Shown one piece after another: positions 1 through 22,351 of a stretch of 64,000 bases of DNA. The stretch lies in the NCBI RefSeq assembly GCF_009914755.1, contig NC_060933.1; one strand, written 5' to 3'. Made by a program: the position numbers and the translations under genes. How positions within the stretch are numbered: the first letter of the stretch is position 1; each line of letters opens with the position of its first letter. The notes under the pieces were generated by a model. The model did not search any database, was not told where the DNA came from, and saw only the letters and a program-made list of their open reading frames with translations. The DNA is from the human T2T-CHM13v2.0 reference genome, Homo sapiens.

Positions 1-2
1 GG

Positions 3-3539
<3,537 letters not shown>

Positions 3540-3587
3540 TTATTTTGCTTGTTAGTTGATGCAGTTTTTTCCTAGCATCGATGGTGT

Positions 3588-4601
3588 TTACATTTTGGCA
3601 TGATTTTGCAGCGGCTGGTACCGATTGTTCCTTTCCATGTTTAGTGCTTCCTTCAGGAGCTCTTTTAGGGCAGGCCTGGTGGTGACAAAATCTCTCAGCA
3701 TTTGCTTGTCTGTAAAGGATTTTATTTCTCCTTCACTTATGAAGTTTAGTTTGGCTGAATATGAAATTCTGGGTTGAAAATTCTTTTCTTTAAGAATGTT
3801 GAATATTGGCCCCCACTCTCTTCTGGCTTGTAGGGTTTCTGCCGAGAGATCTGCTGTTAGTCTGATGGGCTTCCCTTTGAGGGTAACCCAACCTTTCTCT
3901 CTGGCTGCCCTTAACATTTTTTCCTTCATTTCAACTTTGGTGAATCTGACAATTATGTGTCTTGGAGTTGCTCTTCTTGAGGAGTATCTTTGTGGCGCGC
4001 TCTGTATTTCCTGAATCTGAACGTTGGCCTGCCTTGCTAGATTGGGGAAGTTCTCCTGGATAATATCCTGCAGAGTGTTTTCCAACTTGGTTCCATTCTC
4101 CCCATCACTTTCAGGTACACCAATCAGACGTAGATTTGGTCTTTTCACATAGTCCCATATTTCTTGGAGGCTTTGCTCATTTCTTTTTATTCTTTTTTCC
4201 TCTAAACTTCTCTTCTCGCTTCATTTCATTCATTTCATCTTCCATTGCTGATACCCTTTCTTCCAGTTGATCACATCGGCTCCTGAGGCTTCTGCATTCT
4301 TTACGTAGTTCTCATGCCTTGGTTTTCAGCTCCATCAGCTCCTTTAAGCACTTCTCTGTATTGGTTATTCTAGTTATACATTCTTCTAAATTTTTTTCAA
4401 AGTTTTCAACTTCTTTGCCTTTGGTTGAATGTCCTCCCGTAGCTCAGAGTAATTTGATCGTCTGAAGCCTTCTTCTCTCAGCTCGTCAAAGTCATTCTCC
4501 ATCCAGCTTTGTTCTGTTGCTGTTGAGGAACTGTGTTCCTTTGGAGGAGAAGCGCTCTGCTTTTTAGAGTTTCCAGTTTTTCTGTTCTGTTTTTTCCCCA
4601 T
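3588..4601 (-). pseudogene. ORF1: L1 ORF1p, frameshifted
   Basis: ATG GGG AAA AAA CAG at 4601 (MGKKQNRKTG). A -1 shift near 4423 leads to a stop at 4386. A +1 near 4200 restores the frame for the RRM/CTD part (KRPNLRLIGVPE...QARREW...NHAKM, 3588-4148). Confidence 0.9.
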
Positions 4602-5502
4602 CTTTGTGGTTTTATCTACTTTTGGTCTTTGATGATGGTGATGTACAGATGGGTTTTTGGCGTGGATGTCCTTTCTGCTTGTTAGTTTTCCTTCTAACAT
4701 ACAGGACCCTCAGCTGCAGGTCTGTTGGAGTACACTGCCGTGTGAGGTGTCAGTGTGCCCCTGCTGGGGGGTGCCTCCCAGTTAGGCTGCTTGGGGGTCA
4801 GGGACCCACTTGAGGAGGCAGTCTGCCGGTTCTCAGATCTCCAGCTGTGTGCTGGGAGAACCACTGCTCCCTTCAAAGCTGTCAGACAGGGACATTGAAG
4901 TCTGCAGAGGTTACTGCTGTCTTTTTGTTTGTCTGTGCCCTGCCCCCAGAGGTGGAGCCTACAGAGGCAGGCAGGCAGGCCTCCTTGAGTTGTGGTGGGC
5001 TCCACCCAGTTGGAGCTTCCTGGCTGCTTTGTTTACCTAAGCAAGCCTGGGCAATGGCGGGCGCCCCTCCCCCAGCCTCGCTGCCGCCTTGCAGTTTGAT
5101 CTCAGACTGCTGTGCTAGCAATCAGTGAGACTCCATGGGCATAGGACCCTCTGAGCCAGGTGCGGGATATAATCTCGTGGTGCGCCGTTTTTTAAGCCGG
5201 TTGGAAAAGCGCAGTGTTTGGGTGGGAGTGACCCGATTTTCCAGGTGCCGTCCGTCACCCCTTTCTTTGACTCCGAAAGGGAACTCCCTGACCCCTTGTG
5301 CTTCCCAAGTGAGGCAATGCCTCGCCCTGCTTCGGCTCACGCACGGTTCGCGCACCCACTGACCTGCGCCCATTGTCTGGCACTCCCAAGTGAGATGAAC
5401 CCGGTACCTCAGATGGAAATGCAGAAATCACCCGTCTTCTGCGTCGCTCAGGCTGGGAGCTGTAGACAGGAGCTGTTCCTATTCTGCCATCTTGGCTCCT
5501 CC
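4602..5502 (-). promoter_or_regulatory. L1 5'UTR internal sense promoter (YY1 motif near 5486-5495) and antisense promoter
   Basis: GC/CpG-richer than its flanks; CAAGATGGC YY1 core at the 5' end; antisense splice donors CCAG|GTGC at ~5159 and ~5244. Confidence 0.8.
5054..5128 (+). pseudogene. ORF0: L1 antisense ORF0, truncated at codon 25
   Basis: Translates as MAGAPPPASLPPCSLISDCCASNQ then TGA (CGA in intact ORF0). The same frame continues as GPSEPG..LVVRRFLSR..GVTRFSRC. Confidence 0.85.
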
Positions 5503-8500
5503 GGAACAACCTTGAATACCTTTTAATGTGCTTATTGGACATTCCTATATTTCTGTTTTTATAAAGTGTCTGTTTGTCTTCTGCATTTAAAAAAATTGGG
5601 ATTATTTATCTTTTGCTGCTGATTTATATGCATTTAAAATGTATTTTAGATACAGATCCTTTGTCAGATAAATGTAGATATTTTCTCACAGTCTGTGGCT
5701 TTTTTTAAAAAAAAATCAGTCTTCTGAAGAGCAGATAATTTTATTTTCAGTGAAGTGTAGTTTATCAATAGTTTTTCTTTCCCCTATTGTGCTCTCTCTA
5801 GAAATTTTATTTTAAAAATTTCAACTTTTATTTTAGATTCAGGGGGTAGTTGTTTGTTACAGGTATTGTGCAGTGCTGAGATTTGAGGTACAGTTGAAAC
5901 TCTTACCCAGGTAGTTAGCATAGTCCCCAGTAGGTAGTTTTTCAACCTTTGCCCTACTTCCCCTGTCATGTAGTCCCCAGTGTCTATTTTCCCCATCTTT
6001 ACGTGTACCTAATTTTTAGCTACCACTTATAAGTGAAAACATGTGGTATTTGGTTTTCTGTTCCTGCGTTACTTTGATTAGGATAATGGCCTCCAGCTGC
6101 ATCCATGCTGTGGCAAAGGACATGATTTTGTTCTTTTTTATGGCTGCATCGTATTCCATGGTGTATATGTACCATATTTTCCTTTTACAGTCTACTATTG
6201 ATGGGCACCTAGGTTGATTCCATATTTTTGCTATTGTGAATAGTGCTGTGATAAACATATTAGCACCTGTGTCTTTGTGGTAGAACAACTTATTTTCCTT
6301 TGGACATATACTCAGTAATGCGATTGCTGGGTTGAACGACAGTTCTAATTTTAGTTATTTGAGAAATCTCCAAACTGCTTTCTATAGTGGCTGAACTAAT
6401 TTACATGTTCATCAACAGTGTATAAGCATTCCCTTTTCTCTGCAGCCTCACTAACATCTGTTATTTTTTGACTCTTTAATAATAGTCATTCTGACTGGTA
6501 TGAGATGCAATTTCATTGTAGTTTTCATTTGCATTTCTGTGATGTTGAGCATTTTTTCATTCATTTGTTGGCCACTCGTATGTCTATGTCTTCTTTTGAA
6601 AGGTGTGTCTGTTTACATCCTTTGCTCACTTTTTAATGGGGTTGTTTTTTGTTTATTTATTTAAGTTCCTTATAGAGTCTAGATATTAGTCCTTTGTCAG
6701 ATGCCAAAGTCAGTATCCAGAAGGATATTTCCTAAGTTTTTTTTACAGTTTTAGGTCATATATTTAAGTCTTTAATCCATTTTGAGATTATATTTGCATA
6801 TAGTGATAAGTATTTATCCAATTTCATTCTTCTGCATATGGGTAGCCAGTTATCCGAGAACCATTTATTGAATATGGAGTCCTTTCCCCATTGCTTGTTT
6901 TTGTTAACTTTGTTGAAGATCAGTTGGTTGCAGGTGTGTGGCTTTATTTATGGATTTTCTATTCTGTTTCAATCATCTATGTGTCTGTTTTTGTACCAAT
7001 ACCATGCTGTTTTGGTTACTGTAGCTTTGTAGTGTAGTTTGAAGTCAGGTAATGTGATGCCTTCAGCTTTCTTCTTTTTGCTTAGAATCGTCTGGCTACT
7101 TGAACTCTTTTTTAGTTCTGTATGAATATTATTTTATATTTTGAAAAGTTTTAATTTTTAATTTTTGTGAGTACAGGGTAGGTGTACATATTTATGGGGT
7201 ACATGAGCTATTTTGACACAGGCATGCAATGCGTAACAATCACATCAGGGTAAATAGGGTATCCATCACCATCACCTCAAACATTTATCCTTTGTGTTAT
7301 AAACAATCCAATTATACTTTTATTTTTTAAATGTACAATTAAATTATTGTTGACTATAGTCACCCATTGTGCTATCAAATGCTAGATCTTATTCATTCTT
7401 CTCTTTTTTGTGCCCATTAAGGATCCCCACTTCCCCCTACCACCCCACTGCCCTTCCCATCTCTGGTAACCATCATTCTACTCCATATCTTCATAAGTTT
7501 AGTTGTTTTAATTTTTAGCTCCCACAAATAGAATATGTGAAGTTTATCTCTCTGGGCCTTGCTTATTTCACTTAACATAATGAACTCCAGTTCTATCCAA
7601 GTTGTTACAAGTGACAGGATCTCATTCTTTTTTTATGGCTGAATAGTCTCCAATATGTATATGTGCCACATTTTCTTTATCCGTTAGTCTGTTGACACTT
7701 AGTTGCTTCCAAATCTTGGCTGTTGTGAACAGTGCTGCAATAAACATGGGAGTGCAGATATCTCTTTGTTATACTGATTTTCTTTCTTTTGGCTATATAC
7801 CTGACAGTGGAATTGCTGAATCATATGGTAGCTCAATTTTTAGTTTTTCTGAGGAATCTTCAAACTGTTCTCCATAGTGCTGTTACTAATTTGCATTCTC
7901 ACCAACAGTGTATGAGGGTTCCCTTTTCTCCATATTCTTGCCAGTATTTGTTATTGCCTGTCTTTTAGACAAAAGCCATTTTAACCGGGATGAAATGATA
8001 TCTCCTTGTAGTATTGATTTGCATTTCTCTGGTGATCAGTGATGCTGAGCACCTTTTCGTATATCTGTTTGCCATTTGTATGTCTTTTGAGAAATGTCTA
8101 TTCAGATCTTTTGACCATATTTAAATCTGATTATTAGATTTTTCTCATAGGGTTGTTTTGACACTATATATTCTGGTTATTAGTCCCTTGTCAGCTAGAT
8201 AGTTTGCAAGTATTTTCTCCAATTCTTTGGGTTGTCTTTTCACTTTGTTGATTGTTTCCTTTTCCATGCAGAAGGCTTTATAACTTGAAGTGGTCCCTTT
8301 CTCCATTTTTGCTTTGTTTGCCTATGCTTGTGGGGTATTACTCAAGAAACTTTTACCCATTCCAATGTCCTGGGGAGTTTTCCCAATGTTTTCTTTTAGT
8401 GATTTTATAATTTGAGGTCTCAGATTTAAGTTTGTAATCCATTTTTATTTGATTTTTGTACATAGTGAGAGACAGAAGTCTATCGTTCTTCTACATATGG

Positions 8501-8970
8501 ATATCCAGTTTTCTTGGCATCATTTATTAAGGAGATTGTTCTTTCTCCAATATATGTTCTTGGCACCTTTGTTGAAAATGAGTTCACTGTAGATGTATGG
8601 ATTTGTTTCTGGGTTCTCTATTCTGTTTTCTTGGTCTATGTACATTTTTGCATTACTACCATGCTGCGTTGGTTTCTATAGCTCTGTAGTATAATTTGAA
8701 GTCAGATAATGTGATTCCTTCAGTTTTGTTCTTTTTACTTCAGATAGCTTTGAGTATTCTGGGTCTTTTATGGTGCCATATAAATTTTAGGAGTTTTTCT
8801 TATTTCTGTGAAGAATATCATTGGTATTTTTATAATGATTGCATTGAATGCGTATATCGCTTTGGGTAGTAGGGTAGTATGGACATGTTTAATAATTTCG
8901 ATGCTTCCAATCCATGTATATGAAATACCTTTCCATTTTTGGTGTCCTCTCCCATGTCTTTCATCAATGC

Positions 8971-9268
8971 TTTTTTTTTTTTTTTTTGAGACGGGGTCTC
9001 GCTCTGTCACCCAGGCTGGAGTGCAGTGGTGCAATCTCGGCTCAATGCAAGCTCCGCCTCCCAGGTTTACGCCATTCTCCTGCCTCAGCCTCCTGAGTAG
9101 CTGGAACTACAGGCACCCGCCACCACACCTGGCTAATTTTTTGTATTTTTAGTAGAGACGGGGTTTCACCGTGTTAGCCAGGATGGTCTCGATCTCCTGA
9201 CCTCATGATCCACCTGCCTCGGCCTCCTAAAGTGCTGGGATTACAGGCGTGAGCCACCGCGCCCAGCC
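8971..9268 (-). mobile_element. AluY
   Basis: Full dimer with poly(T); AluY diagnostics gcaagctccgcctc, gccattctcc and ccgtgttagccaggatgg; TSD aatgcttt (8966-8973 / 9269-9276). Confidence 0.95.
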
Positions 9269-9432
9269 AATGCTTTACAGTTTTTATTGTAGAGATCTTT
9301 CACTTCTTTGTTAAGCTAATTCCATGGTGTCTTATAATATTTGTAGATACGGTAAATGCGATTAATTTCTGGTTTTTCATTGTGGGCATCTAGAAATGCT
9401 AGTATTTTTTGTATGTTGATTTTGTATCCTGA

Positions 9433-9760
<328 letters not shown>

Positions 9761-12700
9761 TACTTTATCAGTTCTAATAGTTTTCTTGTGGAGTCTTTAG
9801 ATTTTTCCAAATATAAGATCATATCATCTGCCAATAAGAATAATTTGACTTCTTCCTTTCCAATTTGGATGCCCTTTATATCTTTCTCTTGTATGATTGC
9901 TCTAGCTAGGACTTTCAGTACTATATTGAATAACAGTGGTGAAAACGAGCATCTTTGTCATGTTCCAGATCTTAGAGGAAAGACTTTCAGTTATTTTCCC
10001 ATTCAATATGACACTAGTTATGGGTCTGTCATGTATGGCTTTTATTATGTTGAGATATGTTCCTTTCATCCCCAGTATTTTGAAGGTTTTTATTATGAAG
10101 GGGTGTTGAATTTTATCCAATACCTTTTGGGCATCAATTGAAATAATCATATGTTTTTTTGTCCTTCAACCTGTTGATATGATGTATCATATTGATTGAT
10201 TTGCCTGTGCTGAACCATCCATGCATCCTTGGGAAAAATCCCAGTTGGTCATGATGAATGATGGTTTTCATGTGTTGTTGAATTAGTTTGCTAGTATTTT
10301 GTTGAGAATTTTTAGATCAATGTTCATCAGAGTTACAGGCCTAAAGTTTTCTTTATGTGTCTTTCTTAGATTTTGGCATCAGAGCAATACTGGCCTCATA
10401 TAAAGAGTTTAGAAGTACTCCCTCCTTCTCTATTTTTTGGAATAGTTTGAGTAGGATTGGTATTAATGCTTTAAATGTTTGGTAAAATTTTGCAGTGAAG
10501 CCATTGGGTCCTGGGCTTTTCTTTGCTTAAAGACTTTTTATTATGGCTTCAGTCTTGTTACTTGTTATAGGTCTGTTCAGGATTTGGATTTTTTCATCAT
10601 TCAATATTGGTAGGTTGTATGTGTCTAGGAGTTATTCATTTCTTCTAGATTTTTTAATGTATTGGCATATACTTGTTCATAGTAGCCTCTAATGAGCCTT
10701 TACATTTCTGCTGTATTGATTTTAATGTTTGCTTTTTCATCTCTGATTTTATTTATTTGGGTATTCTTTCTTTTTTTCTTAGTCTGGCTAAAGGTATCAA
10801 TTTTGTTTAATTTTTTCAAAAGACAAATTTTTCATTTTTAAGAATCTTTTGTATTGTTTCCTTTGTTTCAATTTCATTTATTTCTGCTCTGATCTTTATT
10901 ATTTATTTTCTTCTAATTTTGGGTGTGGTTTACTGTTGCTTTTATATTTGTTTAAGATGTATTGTTAGATTTTTTTTTTTGAAGTTTTTCTGCCCTTTTG
11001 ATGTAGGTGCTTATACCTATAAAATTTCCCCTTAATATTGTTTTCACTGCATCCCACAGGTTTTGGTATGTTGTGTTTCCATTTTCATTTGTTTCAAACA
11101 TTTTTTCAATTTCCTTTTTAATTTATTCATTGATCCACTAGTCATTCAGGAGAATATTGTTTAATTTCTCTGTGTATAGTTTTCAAAATTCCTCTTGTTA
11201 TTATTGATTTCTAGTTTTATTCCTTTGTGGTCAAAGAAGATACTTGACATGATTCCAGTTTTTTGAATGTTTTCAGACTTGTTTTGTGGCCTGATATAGG
11301 GCCTATTTTTGGGAATGATCTATGTGCTGAAGGGAAGAAAGTATATTCTGCAGCCATTCAATGAAATGCTCTGTAAATATCTATTAGATCTATTTGGTCT
11401 ATAGTACAGATTAAGTCTGATGTTTCTCTGGTGATTTTCTATCTGGATGATCTGTCTGATGTAGAAAGTGCGGTGTTGAAGTCTCAAGTTATTATTCTAT
11501 TGGGATCTATCTCTCTGTAGCTCTAATAATATTTGCTTTATATATCTGGGTGCTCCGTTGTTGGGCACATATATATTTATGAATGTTATATCCTCTTGCT
11601 GAATTGACCTCTTTATCATTATACAATGACCTTCTTGGTCTCTATTTATAGTTTTAGTCTTGAAATCTATTTTGTGTGATACAAGTCTAGCTACTTCTAC
11701 TATTTTCTGGTTTCCACTGGCATGGAATATCTTTTTCCATTATTTTATTTTCAATTTTTGTATGTCTTTTTAGGTGAAGTGTGTTTCTTATAGGCAACAG
11801 ATCATTGAGTCTTGTTTTTTCATTCATGTAGCCACTCTGTGTCTTTTGATTGGAGAGTTTAGTCCATTTACAATCAGTGTTATTGTTGATAAGTAAGAAC
11901 TTAATCTTGCCATTTTGTTATTTGTTTTCTGGTCTTCTCTTTTTTGTTTCCTTCTTGTCTTCCTTTTAGTGAAGGTGATTTTCTCTGGTGGTATGTTTTA
12001 ATTTCTTATTTTTTTATGGATCTGTTGAAAGTTTTTTGATTTGAGGTTACCAGGAAGCTTGTAATCTTACAATCCATTATTTTAAACTGCTGACAACTTA
12101 ATGCTGATTGCATAAACAAATAAGCAATGAGAAAACTAGTAAAAACTCCATACTTTACCTTTGTCTCCCTGCTTTATAGGTTTTTGTTGTTTCTATTTAT
12201 ATCTTATTGTACTCTGTCTTAAAAAGTTGTCATTATTCTGTTTGATTAGTTTATCTTTTAGTCTTTCTACTTAATATATGAGTAATTTATACACTGCAAT
12301 TGCACTGTATAACATTCTGTGTTTTTCCATGCTCTTACTATTACCAGTTAGTTTTGTACCTTCAGATGATTTCTTATTGCTCATTCATTCCTTTTCTTTA
12401 AGACTGAGGAACTCCCTTTAGCATTGCTTGTAGGACCGCTCTGGTGTTGATGAAATCCCTCATCTTTTGTTTGTCTGATAAAGTCTTTACTTTTCCTTGT
12501 GTTTGAAGGATTTTTTTTGTGGATATACTATTCTAGGGTAAAAGTTTTCTTCCTTCAGCACTTGAAATATGTCATGCCACTCTTTTCTTGCTTATAAATC
12601 TTCTACTAAAAAGTCTGCTACCAGACATATTAGAGCTCCTTTGTATGTCATTTCTTTTTTCTTGCTGCATTTGGATATTTTCCTTATTTTTGCTTTATCC

Positions 12701-13825
12701 TTAACCATTAGGAGTTTGATTATTAAATGCCTTGAGGTAGTCTTCTTTGGATTAAATCTCCCTGATGTTCTACAAACTTCTGGTACTTGAATGTTAGTAT
12801 CTTTCTCTAGGTTTTGGATGTTTTCTGTTATTATCCCTTTGAATGAACTTTTTGCCCTATCTTTCTCTCTACATCCTCTTTAAGTCCGGTAACTTAGATT
12901 TGCCCTTTTGAGGCTATTTCCTACATGTCTTAGGCATCCTTTTTAAATGTTTTTATTCTCTTTGATTTGGTTTCCTCTGACTCTGTATTTTCAAATAGCC
13001 TGTCTTGAAGCTCACTGATTCTTTCTTCTGCATGATCAATTCTGCTATTAAGAGACTCTGATGCATTCTTCAATATGTCACTTGGATTTTTCAACTCCAG
13101 AATTCCTACCTGATTCCTTTTAATTATTTCAGTCTCCTTGTTAATTTTATCTTATTGGATTTTGAATTTCTCCTTTGTGTTATTTTGAATTGCACTGAGT
13201 TTTCTCAAAACAGCTATTTTGAATTATCTGCCTGCTAGGTCACATAGCACTGTCTCTCTAGGATTGGTCTCTGGTGCCTTATTTAGTTTGTATGGTGAGG
13301 TCATGTTTTTGTTGATCATCTTGATGCTTGTGGATGTTTGTCAATGTCTGGACATCAAAGAGTCAGGTATTTATTGTAGTCTTCACAGTCTGAGCTTGTG
13401 CGTACCCATTCTTCTTGTGAAGGCTTTCCAAGTATTCAAAGGGATTTGGGTGTTGTAATCTAAGTTTTCAGTTACTGCAGCTGTATCTGAATTAGGGGGC
13501 ACTCCAAGCCCAATAACACTATAGCTCTTGCAGATTTGCGAGGTGCTGTCTTAGTGGTCTTGGATAAGATTCTGAAGAATTCTCTGGATTACCAGAAAGA
13601 GACTCTTTTCCCTTACGTTTTTCCAAACAGAATCTCTCTGTACAAATTTTACAGTAGATTTGTTTTTCTAATTCTGCAAAAAATGATGGTAGTTTGATAG
13701 GCATAGCATTTAATCAGTAGTTTGCTTTGGTCATATGGTCATTTTAACAATATTGATTTTTCAAATCAATAAGCATGGAATGTTTCTCAATTTTTATGTG
13801 TCATCTATGATTTCCTTCAGCAATG

Positions 13826-14156
13826 TTTTGCTGTTGTTGTTGTTGTTGTTGTTGTTATTATTATTATTATTATTATTTGAGGGGTCATCTCTCTCTGTCA
13901 CCAGCCTGGAGTGCAGTTGCATGATCTCGGCTCACTGCAACCTTCGACTCCTGCATTCAAGTGATTCTCCTGCTTCAGCCTCCTGAGTAGCTGGGATTAT
14001 AGGCACACACCACTACACCCAGCTAATTTTTGTATTTTTACTAGAGATGGGGTTTCATCATGTTGGCCAGGATGGTCTCCATCTCCTGATTTCGTGGTCT
14101 GCCTGCCTTGGCCTCCCAAAGTGCTGGGATTACAGGCATAAGCCACTGTGCCTTGC
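13826..14156 (-). mobile_element. AluSc-like, tail decayed to (TTG)n(TTA)n
   Basis: ctgtcaccag(c)ctgg single-C deletion; gttggccaggatggtctc; microsatellite tail at 13826-13877. Confidence 0.88.
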
Positions 14157-16218
14157 TTGTAATCATATTTGTAGAGATCTTTCCCACCTCCATGGTTAGG
14201 TATATTCTTTGTAGAGATCTGTTACCTCTGTGGTTAGGTGTATTCTTAGGTAATTTATTTTATTTTTTGTCGTTATTGTAAATGGGATTGTGTTTTTGAT
14301 TTGGCTCTCAACTTGACTGTTATTGGTGTTTAGCAACGCTGCTTTTTTTTCGAACAATGATTATGCATTCTGAAACTTTACTAAAGGTTTTTATCAGGTC
14401 TGGGAGCCTTCTGGCAGAGTCTTTAGGGTTTTCTAGATATAGAATAATATTGTGAGTAAAGAACAATAGCTGGGCCTTTTCTTTTCCTATTGGATGCTAT
14501 TTATTTCTTTCTGTTGCCTGATCTGGCTGTGACTTCCAGTACTGTTTTGAATAGGAGTGTTAAGAGTGGGTATCCTTATCTTATTCCAGTTCTTAAGGAG
14601 AATGCTTCAAATTTCTGTCCATTCAGTATGATGTTAGCTGTGAATTTCTCATAGATGGCTCTTAATATTTTGAGGTATGTTCCTTTGATGTCTAGTTTGT
14701 TGAGGGTTTTTATTATCAAAGGATGTTGGATTTTATTGACAGCTTTTTGTATGTCTACTGAGATGATCATATGGTTTTTAATTCTGTTTGTGTGACAAAT
14801 TATACTTATAGATTTGCATATGTTGAACAAATCTTACATTCCAGAAATAAAGCCCACTTGATTATAGTGAATTAACTTTAAGATGTGCTGCTGGATTTGG
14901 TTTGCTAGCATTTTGTTGAAGATTTTTGCATCTATCTTCATCAGGGATATCTGCCTGTGGTTTTCTTATTTGTTGTGTCTTTGCCACATTTTGGTATCAG
15001 GATGATCCTGGCTTTGTAGAATGAGTTAGAGAGGAGATGCTTCTTCTTGATTTTTTAGAATAGTTTCAGGAGTATTGGTACCAGCTATTCTTTATACATC
15101 TGGTAGAATTCAGCTGTGAATCCATCTGGTCCAGTGCCTTTTTAAAATTAGTGTTTTTTTTTTTTAATTACTGATTGAATTTCAAAACTCATTATTGGTC
15201 TGTTTCAGATTCATTATTGGTCCTAATTCAGATTTGGGAGCTTGTATCTTTCCAGGAATTTGTCCATTTCCTCTAGATTTTCTAGTTTGTATGCATAGAG
15301 GTATTCATAGTAGTCACTAAGGATCTTTTGTATTTCTGTGGATTTGGTTGTCATGTCACCTTTGTCATTTCTGATTGTGCTTATTTGGATCTTCTCTCTT
15401 TTTTCTTTGTCAATTTAGCTAGCAGTGTATTGATTTTTTTTATCTTTTCAAAGAAAAAACTACCTTTTTGTTTTGTTGATCCTTCGTATAGATTTCTGAG
15501 TCTTAATTTCATTTAGTTCTGCTCTGATTTTAGTTATTTTCTTCTGCTAACTTTGGGGTTACTTTGTTCTCTAAGAAATATTTTTATACTCCAAGTTGGT
15601 AACCATATTATTTTGTGTTTTCTTCTAGCTGTGTAACACTTTGGCTTTATATTTGAGTTTATAATCCATCTTAAATTAATTTTGTGTATGGTGTGAAGTA
15701 AATTTTGAAGTTCTTTTTATCCCCATTTTTTTTTAAAGTTGTTCCAGCAACAATTGCAGAAAATCCTTTCTTTTCTCATTTAATTGCTTTAGCATCTTTG
15801 TGGAAATCAATTGTCCATTTATGAGTGGGTCTTTGTCTGGATATTCTACTCTGTCCATTTTTCTTTGACTTTTGCCAGTATGACACTGTGTTAATTGCTA
15901 TAGCTTTATAATAAGTTCTGAAATCAGGTAGTTTGAATACCCAACTTTACTTTTTATCTTTAAGAATGTTTTAGCTAGACTAGTTTCTTTGCTTTTCTAT
16001 ATAAATTTTGAAAATTAAAAAAGGTATTTGTTGCATAAAACTTGTACATCAGTTTAGAGGATTAATTTCTTAACAATATTGTATTTTCCAAACTATTATC
16101 ATTATATATCTCTTCATTTATTTACATAGATTTTCTTTAGTTTCTCTCAGCAATGTTTAACAGATTTCAGTTTAGAAATTTATTCCTTACTATTATGTCT
16201 TTTTAACTGAGTCTTTTT

Positions 16219-22351
<6,133 letters not shown>

